Of a stretch of DNA of 64,000 nucleotides, positions 46,778-59,117 are shown in pieces; positions within the stretch are counted from its first letter, which is position 1, and each line of letters starts with the position of its first letter. Both the position numbers and the translations under genes were made by a program. Under the pieces are notes generated by a model. That model searched no databases and had not been told where the DNA came from. It was given only the letters and a program-made list of their open reading frames with translations. Source of the DNA: Piedraia hortae CBS 480.64 (Eukaryota); assembly GCA_010093745.1 (NCBI GenBank), contig MU006001.1:1-64000 (forward strand), read 5' to 3'.

Positions 46778-47806
46778 CCTGATGGGCAAGTCAGGCACAA
46801 TGGGCTTGTCTGCTGGGATCAATATCAGCACGTGTGCTTGCAGAGGCAGAGACAGCGGAAGGAGAGGCCAGACCGGCAGAGGGGTTAGCACGCAAGTCGC
46901 CGACGGTAAGCGATTTGCGATGAGTCTTGAACGGGGTGTTGCGAGATGGCTGCGACATGTTGGCAGCGATAGGAGTCTCGCACCGTTGGGTAGTTGCAGC
47001 CAAGGACTGGTGTCACGGCGTGACGATAGATAGGAAAACAGAACGTACCTCTGTGATTAAATGTTCAGCCGGGAAACACCCGAGGTGACGGCGCGCGAGG
47101 CTAGAGTTGGAACAACACACGACCTGTGTCACTTGTGCGTCGCCGTCGCGGCCTTGTGATCGCAGTGCGTGTCTCTTCGGACGCCTCAAAATGTGGCGAT
47201 GTGGCGTTGTGGGAGCCGGAAAAAGCAGACACGAGGAACGTATTGCACAAGTGCAGGAGCGGCGTAGGTGCAGCAGAAGAAGAGGAGGTGGAAGTGGGTA
47301 GATGAAGGGAGACGGATCAGCTCCAAGTTGTTGACACCGCCGTTTACAAACTTTCTTGCTGGCCCCTGTAGTTGTCCAACGGATCATGATGTCATTGATA
47401 CGGTACATTGGTGTGTTTAGCCCAAAGACTCGGTAAACCGGGTATGAAGATTCTGTACTTTTAACATAGACATCATATAGCTATTTTACATGCCGAACTG
47501 ATCGTAAAGACGTATGCATACGAGTCCCGCTTAAGCATGGCAGCAAGCATGAGTGGGGGCCGCGTGGGATGCGACAGTGCCGACAACGGCGTAGTGGAGA
47601 GCCAACCTCACTGACTACAATTCAGCTACAATTCCAGTGATAATATGTGAGACCTGCTCAGACCTTATAGCCAAAGGGATCTAGCGGTGCTGAGAAATTG
47701 GCCCGAGGTTCTGACAGCGTAGAGGCGCGTGTGCGACGCGTTTTATAGACGCGCCACATGCGGGTATCACCCCCACATCACGGCAGTCAATTTTTACACT
47801 GTCAGC

Positions 47807-48721
47807 ATGCAACCGTCAGAGGATGAAATAGTGCGCTGCCTTGAGCAAGTGACGAGGAAAGCGCTTGCCAATAACGAAGAGATCACAGTCAATAGCGCCC
47901 GCGCGCTGGCAGTCAAAGAGCTAGGCCTTGACCAAGACTTCTTCAAGGATGGGGCATGGAGAAGCCGTAGTAAAGCGGTGATCAGTGCAGCCGCACAAGA
48001 CCCTAATTCTCCGCAAGTATCCAAGAGCCGCAAGCGAGAGTCTAAGGAAGCGTTCGGAGAGAAGAAAAGACCAAAAAAGACCCGAACTCCCACAAGCTCA
48101 ACTCCAAGAAATCAGATAGACAGCGATAACGACCAAGGCTCTGAAGTTGGGAAGCACGACGGCGACACTGAGTCCTTCGGCCGGGGCATAAATGGCGGTG
48201 CCGGTGCCATGAAGTTCGACAATCCAGAAGAGGAACAGGCAGCAGTTGGAGACGAGAGCGACATGTCCTCTCTGATTGATGAGCCTCCACGTAAAAAGCG
48301 ACAGAGCAGATCTGAAGATCCAAAGCCCAAAGGAAAGAAAGCGGCCAAGAAAAACAAGGACATGTCCTCGGATGAAGAGGAAATCAAGCGATTGCAGGGC
48401 TGGCTGTCTAAATGTGGCATGAAAAGGGTCTGGGGAAAGGAACTCAAAAAGTACGATACCAACAAGGAGAAGATTCGCCATTTGAAGGCGCTCCTGCATG
48501 ATGTAGGCATGACTGGGCGGTACAGCCTGGATAAGGCCAAACAAATAAAAGTGGCACGAGAGCTTGCCATCGATTTGGAAGACACTAAAGAGTTTAACGC
48601 GAAATGGGGACAGGCAGTTGAGGACGAGAGCGGGAATGAGCGTGGAGCGTCAAGATTAAAACGCCTGCCGCCCAAAGGACTGGTTGATATCGGGGATAGT
48701 GGCGACGAGGGTAGCGATTGA
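47807..48721 (+). CDS. HIRIP3-like charged nuclear protein (putative histone chaperone)
   Basis: N-terminal helical segment (ITVNSARALAVKELGL..FFK), acidic/basic linker, C-terminal EIKRLQGWLSKCG.KRVWGKEL..LLHDVGMTGRYSLDKAKQIK..REL. Confidence 0.75.
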   Translation: MQPSEDEIVRCLEQVTRKALANNEEITVNSARALAVKELGLDQDFFKDGAWRSRSKAVISAAAQDPNSPQVSKSRKRESKEAFGEKKRPKKTRTPTSSTPRNQIDSDNDQGSEVGKHDGDTESFGRGINGGAGAMKFDNPEEEQAAVGDESDMSSLIDEPPRKKRQSRSEDPKPKGKKAAKKNKDMSSDEEEIKRLQGWLSKCGMKRVWGKELKKYDTNKEKIRHLKALLHDVGMTGRYSLDKAKQIKVARELAIDLEDTKEFNAKWGQAVEDESGNERGASRLKRLPPKGLVDIGDSGDEGSD

Positions 48722-49681
48722 GAGCTGCGGCTGGAGTAATAACAATGTGCTGTATGAGCAGGGCCGGTTCCGGGTTTATATCTCCCTTCACCTATCAATT
48801 GACGCGCGGTGCAAGCGAAGCCACTCGTGGAAAATCCATGCAGGATGTTCCTTGACAGGAACCCGGTCAGCAGCACCGCGTGACCCCCTCAACAGATCGG
48901 CGGGTAGGGGCCGGGGTCTGGTTTGTCAGAGATACATGCTGGTGCATCCCACCATGGACAATCAGGCAACTGGGCCACCCCGGCCGCTGGTTCTAGCGTC
49001 TCAGGAAAAGTTGCACATTTCCGCCGCCCGGCCTATGAGAGTGGGCGACACGGGATGCGCAACCGGGGATTCCAAAGCTGAAGCGCGCGGGAAGGCGCAT
49101 CGTGCCAAACTGAGCATCCCAGTAGCCAGCGGGCCGGGACTATTGACTGGACAGGCTTAAGCTTAATGCGATGTGTTTGTTAGGGCATTAAGGTTTTGTG
49201 GTTGGCTAACACTTGGCGTTCAGCCCCGCCACTACCACCGGCGCCCCAACGGTGAATGCCGTACCCGCAACGGTGGTAACGCTTACCCCAGCAAGCAACC
49301 GGCCGCTGCGACCATGTGTGGCGCTGGGGACGCGCCGTAACTGGCTCTTGGGTCGCGCTATCCTGTCGCCGGGTCCCCTTTGCGATTTGCCCCACGTCCC
49401 ACCCACATTTTAGACGTGCGGGGACTGCGTCAGGCGTTGGGGCTAGGCCGTTTAGGGCAATGACAAGATGTTCTTGGCGCCGCCAGTTCAGAGGCCTTAA
49501 TTCGACTACTTTCACCGTCCTGGCCGTTCTGGCCAGTGGCTTTTGATTTGTGCATGTCGCTTTTTGCTCCTGTAAAATTCCTTTCTTTCTCGCTGCATGA
49601 CGGCCTTTTCCACCCGCACGGTACCTAGCTAGTCGTTATTCGGTCCTGACTTGACGGGAGAGCTTTGTTGGCGGGAGAACG

Positions 49682-50917
49682 ATGACCAGCGACGAGATGG
49701 AGTCATACCATGGGTGGATCCGCACTCCCAACGATGCCATCTTGCTATTTGAAGCTTGTCGTATCGGCTTGTTGCCCCGAGTCCAACGAAGACTTTCGGA
49801 AAAAGAGCGACGGGCCATCAGACCAGGCTCAGTCTTCGTCTGGGACGAGCAGGAAGCTGGCATGCGGCGGTGGACAGACGGAAAGTCTTGGAGCGCCAGC
49901 CGAGTGTCTGGTAGCTTTCTCACTTACCGCGAGATGTTGGGGAAGCGTGAGGTGCAGAACATGGAAAGCGATCGCCAAGGAGGAAAAGAGATTGACTTGG
50001 CAGATGACGGCTTCCACTACAAATCAGATGGACTGATCAAGCAATCTTTCTCCATAACCACGAGCGAAAACCAGCACTTGCATCTGATCAGCTATGTCTC
50101 ACGAAATCCCACCCACATGTCCGATCTCAAGCAGCCCTCGCAAGACCCAAGATTTCGTCATATTCGTCCGGATAGGGGCAGATACCCAGAGTCTACCGTG
50201 CAAGAGCCTCAGACCATTCCTGCCGTCACGCGCGGGCCTTTGATGTCATCCGCACCCAGGCCAGCTCTGCATCGTTCTCCGTCGTCCACCTACCATCATT
50301 CCATGCCCCAGTACGGGCCATACTTTGACCATTCGCACCACTACCCGGGTCCCCGACATGTTCCACATTACACTGCACCGTCAATGTCTGGCTACGACCC
50401 TCCGGGTGGCACATCTTACGCACCGCAGAGTCATTATGCTCATTATCCGTATCCCCCGAACCACAACCCTCCCCCGCATGCACACCCTGGATACCCTCCC
50501 CCACCATATCAAGCATACGAGAGGCCCGGCGTCGCCGTTGAAAAGCAGGAAATCTCGTCACCGAGAAGTTACTCACCCAGAAGATCACCACTCATAACAC
50601 TGCCTTTGGCACGGCCCAACTCCTCCCCACGACCGAGCCTACCATCGCTGAAGAGCGATAGCCCATCACAGACTACACCCGCTTTATATCCCCCGCCACC
50701 AAGGACACTTCCCCTACCCTTGCGCCAGGAGCAATCCGCTACGCAGAAAAGCCAACAGAACATTCCCAGCATATCAGCCATGCTTAACGACAAACATCTT
50801 CCCAGACTGTCCGGAATAAGTCCCGTATTGCAAGACATTCCATGCCACAAGCTGAATTCAACTCGGGATGTCGACGTCCACGATCTCCGACGGCTGGACA
50901 GGACGGCGTTGAAGTGA
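49682..50917 (+). CDS. PAC2: Gti1/Pac2 (WOPR) family transcription regulator, Pac2 type
   Basis: YHGWIRTPNDAILLFEACRIGLLPRVQRRLSEKER..GSVFVWDEQEAGMRRWTDGKSWSASR; GLIKQSFS..HLHLISY. Confidence 0.92.
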   Translation: MTSDEMESYHGWIRTPNDAILLFEACRIGLLPRVQRRLSEKERRAIRPGSVFVWDEQEAGMRRWTDGKSWSASRVSGSFLTYREMLGKREVQNMESDRQGGKEIDLADDGFHYKSDGLIKQSFSITTSENQHLHLISYVSRNPTHMSDLKQPSQDPRFRHIRPDRGRYPESTVQEPQTIPAVTRGPLMSSAPRPALHRSPSSTYHHSMPQYGPYFDHSHHYPGPRHVPHYTAPSMSGYDPPGGTSYAPQSHYAHYPYPPNHNPPPHAHPGYPPPPYQAYERPGVAVEKQEISSPRSYSPRRSPLITLPLARPNSSPRPSLPSLKSDSPSQTTPALYPPPPRTLPLPLRQEQSATQKSQQNIPSISAMLNDKHLPRLSGISPVLQDIPCHKLNSTRDVDVHDLRRLDRTALK

Positions 50918-51406
50918 GAGCCGCCGATAATGCGATCATAGCTCGAGCAAAACGACTGGCAGAAGTCAAAAGCAAGTCGTGTTTGAAAGTCAGTCAAGAC
51001 GGAAGAAGTCTCTTAGCAACATATACCCCTTTGAGAACGAAACAGAGTTGCGTTCGGTGCAGCTGTTCATCTGAGCTCTTTATAGCTTATTGTTATCGAA
51101 CCTTTTACTCGGAGGTGAAGGAACGGGACTCTGGGGTGGAATTTCTACCATGCCTTGAAAAGGCGATCAACCTATCCCCAAAGTAACCTATCTCATGACC
51201 TCGAAAATATAGGCCACGCAAACCCCAAACTTTAAATCTTGTACCACGTTCCCCACATGCCAATGACGTCAAGCACACAGCCACACCAGGCCACAAAAGT
51301 TGGTTCAACCAACCACCACCAACCCACACTCGCTTCCAGTCACTCCCTCTTCCCAACCAAAAAAGCGAAGCATCCCTCCTCTCCCACAAAGAACTCTACC
51401 GAAGAA

Positions 51407-51819
51407 ATGGCATCATCAATCCTCCCCCTCGTCATCCTCCTCCTCATCGTCGCTATCGCAGCAACAGTCGGCTACCAAATCTACCTCTGGAGCGTCAAGG
51501 TTTCAGCCGAAGGGAAGAATAAATTGCAAAAGAAGAATGTTAATCTTCATCGTGATGGGATGAAGATTGGGGTTAAGCAATTGAGTGAGGAGGAGTATGA
51601 GGGTAGGACGCAGAGGTATGTTTACTTTGGGTTGGATGGGGGTGGGTGCTACTGAAGCACCGTGCTCGCGCTCCTACCGCCTGGCCCACTCACCCATCCA
51701 CCAGTCCATCCCACCCATTTCCAGGGTACATGCTGATTGTAATTGATAGGGTCCTGGTCAATACGTGGAATAACGCGCAGTTTCCGAATCAGAAAGCTAG
51801 ATCGGGGTGGAGTCGGTAG
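51407..51819 (+). CDS. Small (~92 aa) N-terminally anchored fungal hypothetical protein
   Basis: MASSILPLVILLLIVAIAATVGYQIY (TM)..KKNVNLHRDGMKIGVK..EEYEGRTQR|VLVNTWN. Intron 51616-51749 (GTATGT..GCTGAT..TAG) restores the frame. Confidence 0.8.
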
Positions 51820-52899
51820 ATTGGGATGATGGCGTATGGGGGGTTAGGAATAACGATAGTGAAGTGTAATGGTTTTGTTATTTGTTTAGGAGTGCTGTGT
51901 TATTTGTGGGACGACGTATCAAAGTTTGCTATTCGTTTTACGTCTATATCACAGCCGCTACTGACCTTATAACCTTTAGAGGTCCACCAAACTCTTGGAC
52001 AGAGGCCTCTATCTGCCTAGATCTGTTCTGTCTTGATGCAGCTCCTTTCATCCGCCTGCTCCTTCCTACCCGTTGTGTTGTTGAAATCCCAGCCTCGAGG
52101 CTCTTTTAACGAATGTCCCCAAAACAGCAGCATCTCTATGTCTTGCAAAGTCCTTGGCGAATGTTCACGAACCTGCGCAGCATCTCTGTTCCTTGCAATG
52201 TAATCGTTTTAACCGGCACACCAGCCACATTCTTCTCCGCCCCAACCAGCTCTTCGCCCCTTGTGATTACCCCAAGCCCTACATGTCTTCTCTGCCTTGT
52301 TTTGGCATGATTTACAGTGTCCTGGAGCGGAAGGACGTAGCAACGTTTTGCCAATCACCTCTGGAAAGCGAAATTGTCGGCGTTTCGCACCTTGCTCCAG
52401 TATGTACTTTGTCTGGTCATCAATCCATGACAAGTCGGGGTTTGAATTTGCGGGCCTTGCTGTTGGCTTCTTGATGATGGTGGTGGTGGTGGTGAAGGGC
52501 TGAAGGGTACGAATTGGGACATCTCCGTGGCCGTTGATATTTATTCTGATAAGCAGCGGCACTTCAGGTGTGTCCGTATATCCACGTATCTAGAGCTACA
52601 CAAGAAAACTTTCGAGTACCCGAACCCTGGTCAGGGATGTGGATCGCTCCGCGGCGGCCTGCACAACAATATTGTTTGTTTGCTATCAGCCTTGTATATC
52701 ACGGCTAATGCGAGAAAATGCTTGTTATTTGTGACTGATTTCTTGTTATTTATAACTGAGAGAAGTATTAGATGTCAAGAAATAGACAAGACCAGGATGG
52801 TTTTGGATTTCTTGCCTTGCGACCCTTCCGTAGTGAAATTGAACTGGGTCAGAAAGTCTGCCCAGCGGACTTGACGCTAGTTCAACTGCTTGGTTTTCA

Positions 52900-53720
52900 T
52901 GAATGTCTGCTGATTTTGGTGGTTGGTCATGGGTTTGCAGTTTGCCTTGGCGTGCCGGTCCAAAAACTTGAGCCACTCGAAAGTGACTTCGTTGTTGGTC
53001 TAGCCAGTCTTGCTCATTGTCAGGACGCTCGCTGGGTCAAGGCTGCAGTTCTTGTACCCGTCGCCCAAATGGACCTGGCCAGCGAAGATGATGAATGGTG
53101 GCAAAGCCCAGCCCGTGGAGGATTAAGGGTCGTCCACTCCCCATTACCGAGCTGGGCAAGCTTGGGATTTTCGACCCGATCCGACCGGGTGACAACCATT
53201 ATGGGCTCGATGATCCCCATCTGAAACCCCTCTCATCGAAATTGTATATGTCCTCGTCTGCTATCCCATACTGGGCTATCGTGTCCTGTACACGCTGGAA
53301 CCAGAGTTCGATGACCGCTGGATCTTCGCACCTTGCCCCGAAATACTCGTCTTGGCGGGCAAGTTTCGGCTGGAGTTCGGCCTGTCTCTGCACAAACCAC
53401 CCGGCCCAGTGGACCTTGACTGGTGGCTCATTCCGGGCATCCAGAAGACAGTCTGCCATTTCTTTGATGTGCCCATAGCAAAGAGGAAATCCTCTACGAT
53501 CCATGGCCAAAGCGCGGCGAAGAATGAAGAATGATACTCTCCTCGCCAGCCATCAGCTTCTGAGCCTTTGGCCTCGCTTCACTTCGCAGAACCGCCCCAT
53601 TTTTACGGCGCAAGACCGTAGACTTGGAGACTTTGAAGCTGCGAGCAGCTTGAGCAAAGCTTCTGATCCGCTGATCTCGAACGGTACCCGCAATTATCAC
53701 ATTGCTGTTTTAGAAAGCCA
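52900..53720 (-). mobile_element. Decayed Fot1/pogo (Tc1-mariner, DDE_1) transposase
   Basis: HTH SFAQAARSFKVSKSTVLRRKNG; CENP-B-type HTH MDRRGFP..EMADCLL..WAGWFVQR; CEDPAVIELWF..YGIADEDIYNFDE.GF; GNGEWTT; WLKFLDRH. Several frameshifts and an internal deletion. Confidence 0.88.
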
Positions 53721-54053
53721 CTCCGCAGCTAATGTAGTGTTGGCGAGTTGTGCAAGCCCTTGTGTTGTGGTATGCATGGCAGCGGCTGCACTGGGGGATA
53801 GAGGGTTTTTTCTTTGGCACACAACGCGGAAACGCCTAGGTCAATGGTCGGGTCGCTTGGCATGAGTCTGTCTAACGCAGTTTCAGACCCTGTCGGGGAC
53901 AAAACCATCGTTGCCTGCCCATGAAAGTAGAATTTTGAAGGCTGTATGCCCGTCTCGACGGGCATCCTTGTAACCCTTTTTCAAAACGGAGCATTGCGAC
54001 TTGGGAGGAATGTAATTCCATCCATCATGTCTCTACTGAACCGCTCGAGAACT

Positions 54054-54746
54054 TCAACAGCCTCGAAAAACGCGTCGAGAGTGGTAGTGAAAGGACGTGT
54101 CATGTCCATACGTCCTTGTAGTGCCAGGATTTGGGTTCGTTCCTCTGATTAATGCTCTCTCAAGCATGGCGGCTGTGATCCTCACGGCAAAAATGCACCC
54201 GACTGAATTTCCGTCAGGCCCTTCGATCGTCGTCAACCCCGCCCAGGAGCGGAGGCACTGGCGGATGACAGGGTGCGATGTGTTTTCAGACAAAGGACGA
54301 GGCAGGTTCGGATTCCCTTCCAGCATCCCAACGCATGCGCCGATCACTGCATCAGGCCAGCTGCAATAGGGGCTCTCTTGGCGTATTTCTTCTGGCAGAC
54401 AACATACCATGCATCCCGGTGGTCCCGTTACATCGCCGATATCTCTGAAATCCTTCAGGCTTGGTTCCCTCCAGCATTCGTGGGGTTCATGATTGAATCA
54501 CGACCCAGCAACGAGGCAGCGCGAGCAGCCTCCGTCTAGCCGACGTAGATGCTCTAGCAGCATAGCTGTTTCCGTTGAGATTGGCGTGCTCATGATGTTG
54601 TTCTGCACGACATCGTGGCTTCGCATGGCGTCCAAGAGGCAGGGTTTGATTTCTCGATCTCCTATGGAACTTTGAGCTTGACGGTTTCTTCCCAAACTCA
54701 TGCACTCTCGCTGGAGCGGGACTATAAATGCTGGCTTGCAATCCAT
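54054..54746 (-). pseudogene. Cys-rich zinc-binding relic, possibly the C-terminus of a RecQ/telomere-linked-helicase-like gene
   Basis: One frame across a TGA: CSRCLVAGS*FNHEPHEC...CMVCCLPEEIRQESPYCSWPDAV. Family assignment is from recall only. Confidence 0.4.
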
Positions 54747-56356
54747 TAGTCGGCTCGGGATCTCTTGTCATGGGGTGGCTGCCGATTCTGTTTTGATACG
54801 GAGAATTTAGAGTCCATTTGATCGTTGTGCCGGAAGTGCCAGGCTAAGTGCACTTGTCGTTGATCCAAGCTTGAGGTAGGAGTCAGAGGCTTCTTCTCCA
54901 TGCCTTGCGATGAAACACCCTCACGTCCCAGCATCACGCCTTCCATAGGCCGTGAATAAAAGAACCGTCCTGGCTGTTTTGCTCAGGATAATTCAAAGAA
55001 TGTTCCATTCAGCCGCATTTCATCCCTCAGTGTGGTTTTATAATGCCGGTGGAGGGCTGGAATGGAGGGCCGATCTTAGTGTGTCATCCGGTCCCTCGAA
55101 TTGACAGTTGTTCGAAAAATGTGCTGCGTGGATTCAATCTTCTCGTCTTTGGGAGAGAAGAAACCCCAGCGGTGCGCCGCTCGTGAAGGTCTGTAGCCTT
55201 CCCCTCTATCCTCACCCTTTCGCCCCATTGCCTACTCCAACCGTTGTCGCAACGTGTGCATTGTGGAGGAAAGAAAGGCAAGAGGCCGAAAATCTGAATG
55301 TGGCCGCCAAGCCCCACTGTCACCCTATCGCGTCACGGAGCCTCAAAGATCTTCCCACAACCTGCCCTGCTTCCCCATCGACAGTGGAAGATAATATCCC
55401 TCACCCTCCCTCTACAGTCAAGGCAAACCTCTCCTCTGCCCATCTGTCCGACTCGTTAGTTTAATACTTCCACGTCATGTCCATCAACGAGGTCCCACAG
55501 CAAGATCATTCTAAGATTCCTTGGTCGAAAGAGGTCTTATAGTCGCTACAGTATCAACCTTATGCGCCACGTCACCATGTCGGAAAGTGGTTTGCTTCGG
55601 TAAAAATCTCCAAAGGGTGGGGGGTGGGGCTCCCCAAACGATCACATTTCCCGATCAAAATCACATCTACACCCGTGCACACATGAGTTGTGTTTACAAA
55701 AGCACGGATTAGCAAGTGATATGATACAATTAATGCATAAAGATTCATTATTTAAATTTAGAATAAACAATTCGAGATCAAGTACAACTTTAAATGGCGG
55801 TACGGGTTTCTGGCGCGTCGCAGCCCGTCGTAACCGATACCCCTTCCACGTCAATTCTTCGGCCATCTTGGTTTCCGTAGCCCGTAACTCAGCTCGACAC
55901 AGCCCGTGACGGGTCCGTTCGAGCCAAGATCCGGTTCCGTCGAGCTTAGTTACGGTAATCTAAATTAAGGTATATCTTACTCGAGCCAGGTACGACTTGC
56001 TCAAACCGTGGTATATCTATCTCGGACTGAGGTACAAATACTTCAAACCATGTACGACAAATTCGAACTGTGATATATCTAATTCAAGCTGCTACACTTT
56101 ATTCGAACCACATACAACAAGTCTGCGAAGCTGTTACGGGCTAGCCCTTTCGTCCCATGGTTGTCCCATGAGCGTGGTTTACCAGGCGCGCGCTTTCTGT
56201 GCAGGAACTCATGAGTATATAGCAGGCCCTCTGGCCCTCTATAGCTTCCATACGAGACAATATTTTGCTCGAACCTGGGTCCCTTCACAGAAGCCCCCAT
56301 CAACCACGACAATTCTCGAAAACGATACACTATCCACTTCAACGCTACAAAAAAAA

Positions 56357-59117
56357 TCACTTCTTGCCCTTCCTCTGGGTCGTAAACCTCCCCAAATTCC
56401 CCAAACTAGACTTCGCTTTCGTATGCCCGATTCCTGGCCGGGCCGCAGCAACAGACGCAGCCGTAGGCTGCTGTTCCTGCTGCGGTTGTGTTTTCACTGG
56501 CGGCATTTGCTCTACATCCGGCGAAGCCTCTCTACCTGTTAATAACCTCTGTTGACTGCGACGGACACGTTCTTGTGTTAGGCGAAATTTGTCTAGCAGT
56601 TCGGTCCAACGGATCCCCGTCTCGACTTGGCCTTCTTTACCTCGTAGTCGATTCTGCCGCTCAAAAGTGCTGACGGTCGGAGTCGCGAGGGGAACGCGGG
56701 CCGCTGATGGGTAGAGATATGCTGCTGCGGAGACGGAATTGAGTCTGTTTTTTAGGGCAGCGAAGGCGGAGCTTTGTGGGAGGAGCATTAGGAGGCCGTA
56801 GAGGCATTTGTGGAGGTATGGAAAACGTTCCATTTCAAGGAGTTGCATGCGGAGGTAGGTGAATACGGGAGATTCAAGTAGTTGCACGAGTTTGTCAATT
56901 TGGATGAGCATGTTGACCGTCATTTCCATGTCAGCAAAGATTTGGAGGAGGTTGTATGCTTGTTCGTAGGCTTGGGCGAGGAGACAGAGGCTGAATGTCG
57001 CCACGGCGTTGACGCACCATGCTTTGAAGAGGATGGTGAAAAATGTCTGGCCGTCTCGGCCGTCTAGGTTTCGCAGGCGTTTGCGGAGGTCTTGCAATTC
57101 AGGAGCGGTGATGAGGTTGTTGTTTAGGTTCTGGACCATGATGGATGCGAATTCAATGTCCTCATCTGCGTCTTTCTCCAGGCAATCTGCCATTGTGCGG
57201 TATATTTTCTCTGGAGACAGCGACAGACACAACTGCCGTATTATCAGGTTTCCGCGCGACTCCAATAGTCGTCGATCTGTAGTAAAAAGTTTGAGTAGAT
57301 TGGCCATGAACGGAGTAAAGTAGCTGTCCTCGCTGCTTTTGCTAAGCTGTGATAATAGCAAGAGATCGCGAGTTACAACAGCGTCAGATGGATCGCTTAG
57401 AGTTTTGAGTAGAGCTGGAAAGGTAACGTCATGGATGGCATGGATCTTCCTAGGACTCTTGCGATGGAGCATTATGAGCCAGGCCAAAGCTGCGACCCGA
57501 GTTGCCTCGTGCTCATGAAGGAATTGCAACGTGAGAGCACTTACGCACCCCTCATAGTCAAAGCTTTCGTAAGCTTGGGTATTTTCAGCAGCTTGCTCTG
57601 GTTCCAGTCGAGGTGAGCTTGGTTCCGACGTTTCTGCTTTGCGTGACGTTCTTATGGGCAAGACTTCCCGTTTGATCTCGCCATTTGTTTGAGAGTTGGC
57701 TCGAGAATGTTGCTGAAGGTTGGATGCTGTTCTTGGCAGGGTTTGTCGTGCGTCGGGGGCAGGCTGATCCTCAGGGAGCGCCATGATATACCTCATCAAT
57801 GCCTTGTTGACTCGTTGAGCGGCTTGCTTAACGCTTTCATTCCCATGGCTCAGAGCTGGCAACAATTGAGCCAACAATCGCGGAGTAAAGACAAGCATCT
57901 CCTCTGGACAAATGTCCAAAAATGCTTCTATCCACATTAGGGCCATGATTTGAACTTCTTGTTCCTTGGATTCGGACAAGAAGGTAACGATGGTGTCCAT
58001 GATGCGCACATGGTCGATTAAAACATCTTGGCCGGGGATCCACTCGTCATCAAAGTCTTCAACCTTGACGCCTTGCAACGAATCCATATCCCCCAACTCC
58101 TCTTCTCCAGGTGTAGCCGGAGCTGATGTTTCAGTTGCGTCTGGTGAGTCGAAGCCGAGGGCGGTGCTTGAATCGCTGACCTGCCGTCTTCCTCTACTCT
58201 TGCGGCTCTCAGCAATTCCCTTCTTGACGGCAGCGATCTTCTTAATCTCGCTCAAAAAGTTCTCCAATGCACCCTTTGTACTGGTATAAACATCATGATT
58301 CGGATCACTCAGAAACTTGAGCAATCCGCCCAGAAAATCTGGCAAGTAAGCGACGAGCTCCAAGTCTGGGACGGAATCCAGCAGCGTGATCCAGGATACC
58401 AGAAACATCCTAGTAAAAGGGTTCAACACCAAGATCCTTTCCTGCAACAAAGGAATAAATTTCGGCAGGCTAAAAGCCTTGGAAGGTACACTGTCTTCAG
58501 CCGTATCGGGAATCGTCATACTAGCATAATTCGCGGCCGACTCGGAGACAATGTCCTTTATCAGCCTGTCCAGCAGCTCAGAGCCATTCTTGACGGTCAT
58601 TTCCGTATCAGCCGTGAGCTTTGCCAGGGCATCAAAGACATCATTGAAGTAAACAAGCATCTCCCCCTTTGCTACTTTGGCAATGTTGTACATGCTCTCA
58701 CAGGCATAGTACCGCACTCGGGCATCTTGGTCCGAGAAGCAGGCCAGAACAGGAGGGACAATCTCCTTGAGGTGGGAAGCCACATCCTGTAGCCCGTCAG
58801 TGGGTTTTGCATGGGCTCTACAAGAACGAACGTACAGGTCCCAAAGCAATCGCTGCGGCAGCAAGACCAATCAGCCCTCCGTTTCTCGCATGTGGTTGGT
58901 GAACGGCGTAAACATAGTTGTGACATAATTGGTGGACAATATTTGCAATTTTCTCATTGTTTCCTTCGGCATGAGCATTGCGAATTATCGACTCGAGCCT
59001 ACCGCCGTCAGCTCTGATCTGACATCAAACCTCACAGGATTGCGCTGACTCCAATGCACCAGCTTTTCGTCTATCATAGAGCTTATCCTGCAATGCTTTT
59101 GATACGTTGGAGTCCAT
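56357..59117 (-). CDS. VAC14: PI(3,5)P2 regulator scaffold Vac14
   Basis: Spliced start MDSNVSKALQDKLYDRRKAGALE|..ARNGGLIGLAAAAIALG|; DQDARVRYYACESMYNIAKV; QIDKLVQLLESPVFTYLRMQLL; LLMLLPQSSAF. Confidence 0.95.

Noticed and set aside
47525..47640. CCCGCTTAAGCAT (rRNA-like) and a CTACAATTC duplication
   Set aside because: Matches are too short and lack surrounding rRNA or ncRNA structure.
52100..52560. Possible minus-strand pseudogene beside the Fot1 relic
   Set aside because: Interrupted frames with no identifiable family.
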